Source: Eledone cirrhosa (lineage: Eukaryota). From it: a stretch of 64,000 nt of DNA. The stretch lies in the NCBI GenBank assembly GCA_964016885.1, contig OZ024740.1, forward strand, positions 173,786,001 to 173,850,000. The letters are read 5' to 3'. Positions 25,210 to 42,300 of the stretch are shown piece after piece (the first letter of the stretch is position 1; each line of letters opens with the position of its first letter). Position numbers and translations under genes: made by a program. The notes beneath the pieces are model-generated. The model worked only from the letters and a program-made list of their open reading frames with translations, did not search any database and was not told the origin of the DNA.

Positions 25210-25213
<4 letters not shown>
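24644..25213 (-). mobile_element. PLE terminal (pLTR/3-prime UTR) fragment related to the element at 54521-59938
   Basis: Shares the terminus attgttata(c/t)ttt?gggagggtcat and acacac..ttggttttc(a/g)cttc with 54521-54610; contains an HHR motif; flanked by TA repeats. Confidence 0.65.
24776..24820 (-). ncRNA. Minimal type I hammerhead (imperfect stem I register)
   Basis: CAGUCA-CUGAGGA-GAUCACA GAAUG UGUGAC-GAAA-AGCU-UU-GACU. Confidence 0.65.
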
Positions 25214-25278
<65 letters not shown>

Positions 25279-25493
25279 GATAACAAGTTATCGTTATAGG
25301 TAATCAAGTTAGAGGTTGTGAGTGTTCTGCGTTGTGGATAGTTTTAACGTACGGCTTTGTTTGACTCAACAAGATGCTTCCATAGTTAGGCAGCGAGTTC
25401 GCGGTAATTTTTATGCAGGTTACACTTGAAGTAATAATAGTTAAAGAGTGAAGATTAACATGGTTGGCTGTACAATAAGGGTTTCATTTAAAG

Positions 25494-25550
25494 TACTGAC
25501 AATTGTTTCGTTGATCATGTGGGTCTAGAACTCTAGACCCAAATGATCAA
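25494..25550 (-). ncRNA. 5-prime-truncated hammerhead (stem II, GAAA, stem III, cleavage site; CUGANGA missing)
   Basis: UUGAUCAUUUGGGUCUAGA-GU-UCUAGACCCACAUGAUCAA-C-GAAA-CAAUUG-UC. Confidence 0.5.
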
Positions 25551-25681
25551 ATAAATATATATATATGTATTTTTTAATGCGATGAAATACCAATGATCGT
25601 TGGCAAATCACTGATGAGGGACTCATTTTATAACATGTTATCCATGTGCAACCATGCAGTATTCTTCTCCCCCATATTTTT

Positions 25682-25745
<64 letters not shown>

Positions 25746-25927
25746 ATACAATAACAGAGATAGTTTAAAGCTAAACTCTGACTGGTAACCATCTCACTCA
25801 ACAAACATTAGGTTATATTAAAATATAAACCCAATTTAAGTGTTTGGGGTGCTAACAATATGTATAATGTGGAAAAACCAGTTGTATTATTTTATGAGAT
25901 ATAATTAAAGTTAAAGTATATCTCTCT

Positions 25928-26053
25928 TTCCAAACAATTGTTTCATTATAAGTTTTCTACAAGTTTGGGAGAATGTTTCCAGTTTATGTAGAAGCCTAAT
26001 ATATATTCATGTAAGAATATATTTAGGTGGGCACTTATACATCATCAGTGGAA
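25928..26053 (-). ncRNA. Type I hammerhead with branched, extended stem II
   Basis: UUCCA-CUGAUGA-UGUAUAAGU..(two internal hairpins)..ACUUAUAAU-GAAA-CAAUUG-UU-UGGAA. Confidence 0.8.
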
Positions 26054-26371
26054 GCCCATTAAACATTGATATAAGAAAACAATTTCTTACCGCTGTCAAA
26101 AATCATGTCCGTAAAGTTGGTCTCTCTCACCTGGTATGACCGCTAAATTTGAAATTCCAGCAGTTTTTGACTGAGGAAGTATCATAGCGACACGAAGCGG
26201 GAAGGGGAGACAACTCACGAAATGAGGAAAAAAATAATAATATACACGCGGGTTAATTAGTTTTTTTGAAAACATTATCAATCCAACGTGTTTAAGAACT
26301 CAATTGAAAATCAAAAAATAAATATTTGCTTGTATAAATTACACACGCATATAGATATTTTCTTAGGCTAA

Positions 26372-28833
<2,462 letters not shown>

Positions 28834-28841
<8 letters not shown>

Positions 28842-28987
28842 TAAAATAACAGATTAAAGTTTAAGCAAAGAATCGCTGCTTTCACTCTTAACGGGATCTT
28901 CTGAAACTCAGGAGTTTCAGAAGATCCCATTAAGGGTGAAAGCAGTGATTCTTTGCTTAAACTTTAATCTGTTATTTTAATAAATAT
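28834..28987. repeat. 76-bp-arm palindrome with a 2-nt loop
   Basis: Three mismatches seen; the arm is homologous to part of 52140-52346. Confidence 0.92.
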
Positions 28988-29111
28988 TTGCTCAAAGGTT
29001 CTTATATATCTGATATATATTTATCCTTATCGAGCCCTCTTTGAATTTTAGTCTTCAAATTTATTATTATTACTATTATTATTATTATTATTATTACTAT
29101 TATTATTATTA

Positions 29112-29190
<79 letters not shown>

Positions 29191-29200
29191 GAGAGGAAAG

Positions 29201-29265
<65 letters not shown>

Positions 29266-29820
29266 ATATAGGCGTGTATATGTATATATGTATGTATGTG
29301 TATTTATATATATGCATATATATTTGTTTGTATGTATATGTATATTTATCTATAATTGTGTATGTGTATGTATATGTTTACATGCGCGTATGTATGTATG
29401 TATGTATATATGTATGTATATATGTTTATATGTGTTTATATATAAATGTGTGTGTTTTTTCAATGTATATGCGTATGTGAGTGTCTTAGGAGACACGCAA
29501 CACACAAACACAAGTGAAAGGAGGTACGATGTGTCCGATTATTCAAACGTATAAACTGGTTTATGACAATCGTTTTGATAAAAATCCGTCATTTGAGAAC
29601 AAGCATTGAATCACAGCAGGTGGTCCCTCCTTTGAATCTGAGTTACAAAAACATTAGTGAACAGAACTGTTACTTGCTACGATGATATAGTCAGTAGGAA
29701 GGTATTAAAAAAAAAGAAAATGGAAAGTCATACTTTGAAAACTAAATTTGGTTGATTTCACTAAACCTCCATTGAATCTCTCTCTCCCCCTCTCTCTTCC
29801 TCTCTTTTTTCCTTCTTTCT

Positions 29821-29906
<86 letters not shown>

Positions 29907-29929
29907 GTATGTATGTGTGTATGTATGTA

Positions 29930-32900
29930 TGTATGGAATGTAATCGGAAGGCATGGGGTGGGAAAGTGTAACAACAATGGTATGCTCCTGCTGCAGATGT
30001 ATGAGGAGCTGGATCTGAGTGTTACCAACTCCATGTTCCAACAAAAGAACACATTCAGGACCACATGGATGCATCCTGCATCTAAGGAATGGCATCTTTT
30101 GGACGACGTCCTAGTCAGGATGCGTGACAGACAGGATGTGCAGTGTGTTCGTGCTCTTCGTGGAGCTGAGTGCTGGACGGACCACCGCCAGGTACGCGCA
30201 AAAGTGAAACTAATCACTAAACGTAAAATCCGGGCTCCTGGTGTTCCCCTGTCCAAAAGATTTAATGCTGCTCGTCTTAAGGATAAAATGTGAAGAGGAC
30301 ATTGCAAGAAGAGATGCAGGTTGCAGATCTTGGCGAGGATTGGCCAACCCTTAAAAAGTCGGTTTATGATGTAGGCAGGCGTGTTCTGGGATTGGAGCAG
30401 AGAAAACATCAGGACTGGTTTAATGAGAATGATGTACATATAGAAGACTTGTTGGCTGATAAGAGGCGTGCTCTGTCACGCTACTTGACAGCAAAACCAC
30501 AGGAGAAGAATACGTTGCATGAGGAACTCAAGGATGTAAAATCACGTGTTAGGCGGAGTCTTTCTCAGATGAAGGATCAGTGGTGGAGTGAGAAGGCTGA
30601 TGAGATACAAACTGCGTCAGATTCCAATAACACAAAGCTGTTGTACAGTCTCTTGCGTGAAGTTTATGGACCGTCTTCTTCTCTGGTGACACCGCTTCGC
30701 AGCAAGGATGGCAAAGAACTTCTTCGTGACTCACAAGGAATTCTACGAAGGTGGCGGGAGCACTTTGATGATCTTTTGAATCAGCCGTCTGTCTCAGTGA
30801 AGATTTCCTCAATCTCATTCCAGAAAGTCCTGTGAAAGTAGCTCTCGCAGAACCTCCGACGCTTGTGGAGGTTGCAGTGGCTATTTCGAAGCTGAACAGT
30901 GGAAGGTCTCCAGGTATGGATGGCATACATGCTGAGCTCCTACAATATGGTGGTGAGAGACTCCTGCAACATCTTCACTCTTTGTTTGGCAGGATATGGG
31001 CTAATGAATTCGTACCTGAGGACTGGAGAGATGCAGTAATGGTGATCTTGTACAAGGGAAAGGGTAACAGGAATGATTGTGGGAACTATAGAGGTATATC
31101 ATTGCTTTCTGTCGTAGGGAAAGTTTTATGTAGGGTGCTTCTGGATCGTCTCCTGACACACATTGCAGATTGTGTTCTTCCTGGTTTTTGTGCTGGACGC
31201 GGCACTACTGATATGATCTTCTCAGATAGACAGCTCCAGAAGAAGTGCATGGAACAAGGTTTGGATCTGTATCAGGTTTTTGTCGATCTGACAAAAGCTT
31301 TTGATACTGTTAATAGAAATGCATTATGGAAGGTTCTCCAGAAACTTGGTTGCCCTGATAAGTTCCTTGCTTTAGTTAGGTCTTTCCATGACGAAATGAA
31401 GGCTTGGGTTAATGTCGGAGCTAACATGTCGGAGCCTATCTTAGTAAAACATGGAGTGAAACAGGGGGATATTCCAGCACCGACCCTGTTTGCCATATAC
31501 TTTGCAATGGTTTTCTGTATTGCATTTAGGAATTGCGAGCATGGTGTTTACATCCGATATCGAACCTCAGGCAGCATATTTAACACCAGGCGCTTTGCTG
31601 CAAAGACAAAAGTATTTACATCAATCATAAGAGACCTCTTGTATGCAGATGATTGTGATCTTGTAACGCACACAGAGAGTGATATGCAGCACATTTTGAA
31701 TGCATTTTCTGACGCTTGCACTGCCCTAGGATTGACTGTCAGTCTCAAGAAAACCGTCGTCATGTACCAACCTGCCCCTGGTAAGCAGTACAGTGAACCA
31801 AATATCTATGTGTATGGTAAACGACTTGGAGTTGTTGATCAGTTTGTCTACCTGGGAAGCACTGTCAATCGATACAGCAACCTTGATAGTGAAATCTCAC
31901 TTAGGATTAGGAAAGCAAGTGATGCTTTCGGAAAGCTAGAAAGGCGACTCTGGGGTCGGCGAGACATATGCAAGCAGACAAAGGTAAAGGTGTACAAGGC
32001 ATGTGTGCTCTCTTCTCTTCTTTATGCCTGCGAGACCTGGGTCACATATCGACACCACCTTAAGCAATTGGAGCGTTTCCATCAGATGTGTCTCAGACGG
32101 ATCCATGGCGTTCACTGGAGGGACCACATCAGTGATGTCGAGATTTTGAAAAGCTCTATGTGTGACAGTATAGAAGCTCTTGTGCTTAAGCAACGACTCC
32201 GTTGGAGTGGTCACCTTGCCAGGATGAAGGATTCTAGAATACCAAAACAACTCTTTTATGGAGAGTTAGTTAAAGGAAAACGACCGCCACATAAACCAAA
32301 AAAGAGGTATAAGGATTCCTTGAAGGCCTCTATTAAAGACGCTAACATCTCTGCTGATACATGGGAAAATATTGCTGCTGATCGTAATAAATGGAGAAAG
32401 ACTGTATATGAGGGAAAAGTTGCCTTTGAGGCATCTCGAATCGCATGCGAGGAAGTAAAGCGGGATGTGAGGAAGGGCATTGCTGTTGCACTTCCAGACG
32501 GCGAGGGTCCTCTTATGGGGCTGACATCCAGCGTCTGTGCGAGACTCTGCCTAAGCAAAGTTGGACTCGAAAGTCATCTTCGGAGTCATAAAGTAAGACC
32601 AGTGGTTGACTACCAGGCTGCTGTTGGAGATGCTACTCATCATGCTTGCCAAGCATGTGGTAGAGAATGTAAAGCAGCAGGAGGGCTCAAACGACATGCA
32701 AAAGTACATGAACTCCAACCACAGCCGACTATTCCCAGTGAATGTTTTGGTTGCCGACTCTGTGCAAGGCATTTTAGATCATTGGCTAGGCTAAAAAGCC
32801 ACATTCGATCGCAGAAATGTTAGTTGCTATCGTGTGTGTGTATAGATATGTTTATGTGTGTGCGTGTGTGCGTACACATATATATATGTATATTATTATT

Positions 32901-33010
32901 GTTGTCGTTATTATTATTGTTGTTATTATTTTATTATTATTGTTATTAATATATATATATTTTTTTTCTCGTGCAATGGCCATACTCGATAACGAGGGGG
33001 CAGCCATCAT
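29930..33010 (+). mobile_element. RTE-BovB-like LINE, 5-prime truncated, with C-terminal C2H2 fingers
   Basis: APE C-terminus (TTWMHP.SK.WHLLD, CWTDH), RT (NYRGISLLS, FVDLTKAFDTV, GVKQG, LLYADD) and three CxxC..HxxxH-like fingers. One stop and one frameshift upstream of the 663-aa ORF 30832-32823. Confidence 0.92.
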
Positions 33011-33099
33011 GTATGAAATACCAATGATGGTTGGAAGATACTGATGAAGGACTAACTTTATTCATATGTAACCCATTTGCAACCACGCAGCACGTTTAT

Positions 33100-33159
<60 letters not shown>

Positions 33160-33261
33160 GATCGAGTATCGAAAAATCGGCGCACGAGTTCACGATAAAC
33201 AAGATTCGAAATGAGCGGCAGAGGGCTCAATAATTCAGATGAATCAGAGCTATAACTATCG

Positions 33262-33299
<38 letters not shown>

Positions 33300-33354
33300 T
33301 TAAACAAATAATGAATAAAACAATGAAACAGTTCCTTATATTAAACAAAAAAAG

Positions 33355-33509
33355 TTCATTATTTAACGATCGTTTCTAGGATATATATGTGTTAGAATTG
33401 GCATGCATATTCAACAGATCTATGTACAAAATTATACAAAATTATACAAACTATCAAGATTAAATATACATACCAAACACACATATATGCCGTCTTCAGA
33501 AATAATGAA
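33355..33509 (-). ncRNA. Type I hammerhead with long stem II insert (left arm)
   Basis: Reverse complement of 38864-39018. Confidence 0.8.
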
Positions 33510-34126
33510 ATATATTTATTGATAATAACAACAATTCAAAATTTCAGGTCCGTTTGGGAACGGAGTTCAAATTGACCAATGAAAATACAAAAATTTTTTA
33601 TGCAGTTTGGTGTGTGTATATACATGTAACTAACTTCGTACACATATTTATACAAAGATATATGCTCAACATGCATACGCATGCCAAAAAGATGTATGCA
33701 AATACAAAAATTCAAGGCTAATGTCTCTGTAAGTTTATAATCCACAGATAAAATGCGTATAGACACATAAATATGAAATAAGTGTATACACATATTCACA
33801 TACTCACACATATCCGTACACTCACACACACACGCGCGTATATGCATAAACATACACATAACTACGAACATACATACACACACACACCCCCACACACATA
33901 TATATGTGGATATAATATTATCATAAGCACATGGATATTAATGCACGCACATATACACTGCCACACACATTTAGATCAAGATACAGAAATTAGGTGGGAG
34001 GGGGGGAGAGGTCAGTATTCAACGGTTTCGGCAGACTGCTTATTTATAGATGTATCTATAAACTTATAAATAAAAAGAAAAGAAAAGAAAAAGAAAAAAG
34101 AAAAAAGAAAAAAGAAATATATCAAG

Positions 34127-34184
<58 letters not shown>

Positions 34185-34635
34185 TACACATACAACACAC
34201 ACACACACACATATATAAACATATACATATATACATACATACATATACACACATACATATATATACATATACACACATATATACACATATATACACACAC
34301 ATATATACACATACACGCACATATACATACACATACATACTTATATACAAACAGACATACACATACATACATATATATACACACATATACATACAGACAT
34401 ACATACATACATACACACATACACACATACATACACACACATACATACTCATACATAGACATAGATATATATTCACACACACATACGCACTTACATATAC
34501 GCATATATACAAATACTTACGCATCCATATATCCGTATATACATACAAACACCACTACACACTCACATAACTCAGACATACAAAGAAAAAGGTATATACA
34601 TATACATATACACATACAAATAGAGATACATATAC

Positions 34636-34668
<33 letters not shown>

Positions 34669-34858
34669 CACATATATATACACATATATATATATATATA
34701 CACACATACATACATGCACACACACATACACATACATACATACACACATACACACATACATATATAGTCACACACACACACACACCTACACATACATACA
34801 CATACACATATATAAAGATATATATACACACACATACACACACACATATATAATAAAC

Positions 34859-34923
<65 letters not shown>

Positions 34924-35781
34924 TACACATATAGATACATACATACACATACATACATACATATACACACATATATAAATACACACATACACACATACAT
35001 ACATACACACACACATACATACACACACATACATATTCATACATAGACATAGATATATATTCACACACACATACGCACTTACATATACGCATATATACAA
35101 ATACATACGCATCCATATATGCGTATATACATACAAACACCACTACACTCTCACACAACTCAGACATACAAAGAAAAAGGTATATACATATACATATATA
35201 CACACATAAATAGAGATACATATACACATATATATATATATACATACATATATATATATATACCCACACACACATACAACCATAAACACACATACAAACA
35301 CATACATACACACATATATACATATATATACACACACACAAAAACACACATACACATATATATATTTACATATATATATATATACATACATATACACACC
35401 TTCACATATATATATATACACATAAGTTATATTATAATAATAAATAATATATATATACATACACGTACAAATATATATATACATAGACATACACATATAT
35501 ATATACACACTCACACACACACTCACATATATATGTGCGCACACGTACATATATACACATACACACATATACACATAAACATATACATGTGCATACATGT
35601 ACATACACACATATACCCACATAGATACGAAGATACACATATATATAGAGAGACATACATATACATACACATATATACACACACATATATACACACATAT
35701 ATATACACACACATACACGCCCACACACACATACACATATACATATATATATATATACACATATACACACATATATATACA

Positions 35782-35827
<46 letters not shown>

Positions 35828-36519
35828 ATCATACATTTTTATTTGCATGCGCATATATGTATTTTTATACTCAGATATAAACACCCAAACATATATACAC
35901 CTACCTACATATATATTCATACATACACGCTTACAAATACAGATGATAATAGTATGGGGGAAAGGGGGGGTGGAGAAGGGGATTATAGTAAATATATGTT
36001 TCAAGAAACATAGAATATTAATCTGTATTTGGATCTCAATATATGTTTTTACATAGTTTCAGTGTTAGGAAATGCAAGAAATAAGGCAAAATTATGCATT
36101 TCAAAATAAGTATACCATTAATTATAGGTTAACTAAACTAAAGATAGTTAACATATTGATTTCTAAGGTGTAAATTAGTTAGGTTTATGATATTTGAAGC
36201 AGAATTTTGAAGTTAAATAGTAGTAGAGTATTAATTATAGTATAACTAAATTAAAATTATTAACGTTATGGTATCAATATTAGGAAATGAATTTGTAAAA
36301 ACATATATTGAGATCCAAATACAGATTAATATTCTATGTTTCTTGAAACATATATTTACTATAATCCCCTTCTCCACCCCCCCTTTCCCCCATACTATTA
36401 TCATCTGTATTTGTAAGCGTGTATGTATGAATATATATGTAGGTAGGTGTATATATGTTTGGGTGTTTATATCTGAGTATAAAAATACATATATGCGCAT
36501 GCAAATAAACATGTATGAT

Positions 36520-36593
<74 letters not shown>

Positions 36594-37451
36594 TGTATAT
36601 ATATGTGTGTATATGTGTATATATATATATATGTATATGTGTATGTGTGTGTGGGCGTGTATGTGTGTGTATATATATGTGTGTATATATGTGTGTGTAT
36701 ATATGTGTATGTATATGTATGTCTCTCTATATATATGTGTATCTTCGTATCTATGTGGGTATATGTGTGTATGTACATGTATGCACATGTATATGTTTAT
36801 GTGTATATGTGTGTATGTGTATATATGTACGTGTGCGCACATATATATGTGAGTGTGTGTGTGAGTGTGTATATATATATGTGTATGTCTATGTATATAT
36901 ATATTTGTACGTGTATGTATATATATATTATTTATTATTATAATATAACTTATGTGTATATATATATATGTGAAGGTGTGTATATGTATGTATATATATA
37001 TATATGTAAATATATATATGTGTATGTGTGTTTTTGTGTGTGTGTATATATATGTATATATGTGTGTATGTATGTGTTTGTATGTGTGTTTATGGTTGTA
37101 TGTGTGTGTGGGTATATATATATATATGTATGTATATATATATATATGTGTATATGTATCTCTATTTATGTGTGTATATATGTATATGTATATACCTTTT
37201 TCTTTGTATGTCTGAGTTGTGTGAGAGTGTAGTGGTGTTTGTATGTATATACGCATATATGGATGCGTATGTATTTGTATATATGCGTATATGTAAGTGC
37301 GTATGTGTGTGTGAATATATATCTATGTCTATGTATGAATATGTATGTGTGTGTATGTATGTGTGTGTGTATGTATGTATGTGTGTATGTGTGTATTTAT
37401 ATATGTGTGTATATGTATGTATGTATGTGTATGTATGTATCTATATGTGTA

Positions 37452-37516
<65 letters not shown>

Positions 37517-37706
37517 GTTTATTATATATGTGTGTGTGTATGTGTGTGTATATATATCTTTATATATGTGTATGTGTATGTATGTGTAGGTGTGTGTGTG
37601 TGTGTGACTATATATGTATGTGTGTATGTGTGTATGTATGTATGTGTATGTGTGTGTGCATGTATGTATGTGTGTATATATATATATATATGTGTATATA
37701 TATGTG

Positions 37707-37739
<33 letters not shown>

Positions 37740-38190
37740 GTATATGTATCTCTATTTGTATGTGTATATGTATATGTATATACCTTTTTCTTTGTATGTC
37801 TGAGTTATGTGAGTGTGTAGTGGTGTTTGTATGTATATACGGATATATGGATGCGTAAGTATTTGTATATATGCGTATATGTAAGTGCGTATGTGTGTGT
37901 GAATATATATCTATGTCTATGTATGAGTATGTATGTGTGTGTATGTATGTGTGTATGTGTGTATGTATGTATGTATGTCTGTATGTATATGTGTGTATAT
38001 ATATGTATGTATGTGTATGTCTGTTTGTATATAAGTATGTATGTGTATGTATATGTGCGTGTATGTGTATATATGTGTGTGTATATATGTGTATATATGT
38101 GTGTATATGTATATATATGTATGTGTGTATATGTATGTATGTATATATGTATATGTTTATATATGTGTGTGTGTGTGTGTTGTATGTGTA

Positions 38191-38246
<56 letters not shown>

Positions 38247-38863
38247 CTTGATATATTTCTTTTTTCTTTTTTCTTTTTTCTTTTTCTTTTCTTTTCTTTT
38301 TATTTATAAGTTTATAGATACATCTATAAATAAGCAGTCTGCCGAAACCGTTGAATACTGACCTCTCCCCCCCTCCCACCTAATTTCTGTATCTTGATCT
38401 AAATGTGTGTGGCAGTGTATATGTGCGTGCATTAATATCCATGTGCTTATGATAATATTATATCCACATATATATGTGTGTGGGGGTGTGTGTGTGTATG
38501 TATGTTCGTAATTATGTGTATGTTTATGCATATACGCGCGTGTGTGTGTGAGTGTACGGATATGTGTGAGTATGTGAATATGTGTATACACTTATTTCAT
38601 ATTTATGTGTCTATACGCATTTTATCTGTGGATTATAAACTTACAGAGACATTAGCCTTGAATTTTTGTATTTGCATACATCTTTTTGGCATGCGTATGC
38701 ATGTTGAGCATATATCTTTGTATAAATATGTGTACGAAGTTAGTTACATGTATATACACACACCAAACTGCATAAAAAATTTTTGTATTTTCATTGGTCA
38801 ATTTGAACTCCGTTCCCAAACGGACCTGAAATTTTGAATTGTTGTTATTATCAATAAATATAT

Positions 38864-39018
38864 TTCATTATTTCTGAAGACGGCATATATGTGTGTTTGG
38901 TATGTATATTTAATCTTGATAGTTTGTATAATTTTGTATAATTTTGTACATAGATCTGTTGAATATGCATGCCAATTCTAACACATATATATCCTAGAAA
39001 CGATCGTTAAATAATGAA
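38864..39018 (+). ncRNA. Type I hammerhead with long stem II insert (right arm)
   Basis: UUCAUUAUUU-CUGAAGA-CGGCAUAUAUGUGU..ACACAUAUAUAUCCUA-GAAA-CGAUCG-UU-AAAUAAUGAA, with a 10-bp stem I. Confidence 0.8.
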
Positions 39019-39212
39019 CTTTTTTTGTTTAATATAAGGAACTGTTTCATTGTTTTATTCATTATTTGTTTAATATTTTATCTTGACTCTGTATTCCGTC
39101 TATCTTTCACCGAAAGTGATTTTTCATTGCATCTCTTCTTTCCATGATATCCGGAATACATTGAGTTCTTCATACGGATTGGACACTACCGTAAACTCTT
39201 GGTAGATTTATC

Positions 39213-39364
<152 letters not shown>

Positions 39365-39399
39365 TATTCTTGGACTGTTGAAGTGAACAGATGTGTTTA

Positions 39400-42300
39400 C
39401 ATTGCTCTCCACCAAGTCTGTAGCCAGTAGGCAGCTACCCAGCTTTAAAGCCTATTTGACCGATCATATATTTGTGTATATATACTTGTAACCACGTGCT
39501 TTTCCTACCAACTCGTAAGTAAGTACGTTTTCTTAACTACAGATTATTATATACACTCGTTTTTCTCTTAATATCTTCGAACAACCAAATAACCAAATCT
39601 CACATCCATAAAAGAGAATACATATCTATATATATACGCTACCTTAATATCTTCAAATAACCAAAGGCTCACTCACATAAGGAAAAAAGTATATACAAAT
39701 ACACGTGCTTTCCCTACAAACTCGCAAGTAAGTCTTCTTAATTACAAACTATTATATACACTCGTTTTTCCTCGGATATCTCCAAACAACCAAATAACCA
39801 AAAACTATTAACATCCTCAAACAACCAAACTCACATCCATAAGAGAGGATATATATATATATATACACGATTCTTTAATTTCTTCAAATAACCAAAGTCT
39901 CACTCACGTATCAAATAACAAATATCTTAAAACGCACACAAGGATAATTAAAAAAAAAAAATGACTACTGACCAGCAAGCCCACAATGGACGAAATTGGT
40001 CTGAAAATGAAATTGACCTCTTAATAAACACATGGTTTTCTCTGTCACAAACATTAACGCGTCATGTCTGAATGAAATTACTGAAAAAACAGCTCAAACA
40101 TTTACCACGAGGTCTGCTAAGCAGATACACAACAAACTAAAACATGTAGAAGTCTCTTTCAAACTAATTCAAAACCATTTTGAAAAACTTCGACATATTT
40201 ACTCTAATGGACAAACACAACAACAACAACGACAACAACAACAACAACAACAACAGCAGCCACAACAACAACAACAGCCACAACAACAACAGCAGCCAGA
40301 AAGCCAGGAGCAACCACTACTGAATTCAAGCATAATCGCTGAACTACTGAATGACAGTACCACTCAGCCACTCACTCAGCCACCATTATCGCCATCACCA
40401 TCACCACCGTCACCATCTCCTGCCACATCTACATCTTCTGCCACACCAACTGCTAGTAATGGACCACTGCTCTCTCTCTCCCACCACAGTTGTCATCATC
40501 ATCATCACCACCAATGCTTTCTTCCCCCACATCACCACCACAGTCATGCCATAGTCAAAAGAACTATAAAAAAAAAGTTCTATGGAGCTGTATGCACCTC
40601 CCACTACACATACTAGAAACCCCCAAATATGCCGCCACTCACTACGTCAGAGGCTATGCACACGTAGCGACTGTTTATTTACCCATTTACCGGGTACTAG
40701 GCGCACTAACACTGCCAGCCATCACCAAAGCACGCTACCTGCACGCATAGGTCGCAGTCCCAAAATCTGCCGACATTCCCAACGTGAGAGGCTATGTCTA
40801 CTGACTGACTGTCCTTTCACTCATCTTCCTGGGACACAACGCACGAACAGAAAAAGGGCTTCATGCCAACCCACAAACCACAATAAAGCCACCCCTTGCT
40901 GCGGTAATGCTGCTCCAGTCTCCTCAAAAAGACATGATTACAACAACAAAAACAACAAAAGTAATGCTTCTCCAGTCTTTTCACAAAGACACAATCACAA
41001 AAACCAACAACAAAAATAACGCTGCTCCAGTCTTTTCACAAAGACACAATTACAACAAATACAACAACAACAACAACAACAAAAGAGGGAACTGCAACCC
41101 TATCCAATGTTGTAACCACAAATCCAATCAAAAACTGCTTCCTGAACAAAAATAAAATCTTTCTTTTTCTTTTTTAGCCATCACCCAACACCATCCTTGC
41201 TGTCACTAACACACAATCACAAAACAAGCCCTCTGCAACAGTCAAAACCAACCACCTCACTAGCCTCCACATTCTTACTCAATACACATGGTATCAGCCC
41301 ATCCATCAATGCACAGAAATGGAAGATCCAATTCATTGAGGATTGGGTTGGTAACCATCCATTTCACATCCCCTTATTCATTCTTACTGAGACCCACCTT
41401 GACAACTCCCACTTGGAGGCCGAAGTAAGAGTGAGAAATTTCACAACCATCCGTGCGGATCGTGTTGGCAGAAGGAAGGGTGGAACTGACATTTTCCTGC
41501 ATGATTCCTTTACGGCAGATGGCAACACAACATTCTCTAATGGATACTGTGAATCAGTCACTGTGCACAATAAAGCCAATGACCTGACATTAGTTGGGCT
41601 CTATAGGCCACCACAAACACCCATAATCTGTTTCAAAGAATGCCTCAACAGTATTAAATGCTTTATTAAACAGTGCCATTCTAGCAATATACTTTTGATG
41701 AGAGACTTTAATCTACCCTGTGTCGATTGGTCTACATGTAGTTTGAAACCAGGCTCCATAGCCTCAACCACTGACAAAGAGGCTGTCGAGTCACTTCTTG
41801 ACTTCATGAATGAGTTTTTCTTGTCCCAACTTGTCCTTGCACCAACGAGGCATCAGAAGAACATCCTGGATCTAGTGTTTAGTAACCACACTAACACGAC
41901 ATAATACAGTGGAAAAAACCCTTCTCTCAGGCCATGACATGGTTCTTTGTAACCTGAGATTCCACCAGCCGAAAGCTAATCCCAGGGTCCTCTCTCCAGC
42001 CCACCCATTTGATAACATGGATCTCTACAATGCCAACTGGGATGCAATTATGAACGAACTATCACATGTCGACTGGTCTTTTACACACGCACACATTTCC
42101 ACCAACATCAAAACATCTTGGCAGATCTTTGTAGACACTGTCACAAATATATGTACAAAACACACCCCACCAAAACCTGTGAACAAAACCAAGTGCAGTA
42201 TCCCCCAAAACAGAAAAAAAATTATCAGAAAAATAAAAAGAACAAACAAAAAAATTAACACACTAAAATACTGCCAACAGCAACACACACATTCAATGGC

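Larger units (their letters stand above)
33295..39078. repeat. Giant inverted repeat: arms 33295-36053 and 36294-39078, 240-bp spacer
   Basis: Mirror-image ORF translations; differences seen are mainly in microsatellite length. Confidence 0.97.

Noticed and set aside
25584-25670. Short repeat containing CUGAUGA, homologous to 33015-33100
   Set aside because: A real dispersed repeat next to (TA)n, but no stem II-GAAA-UH arrangement could be folded in any permutation.
33536-38837. Long YI/CV/HT-rich ORFs (also at 27-29 kb, 44 kb and 52-54.6 kb)
   Set aside because: Dinucleotide microsatellites lack stop codons; not credible proteins.
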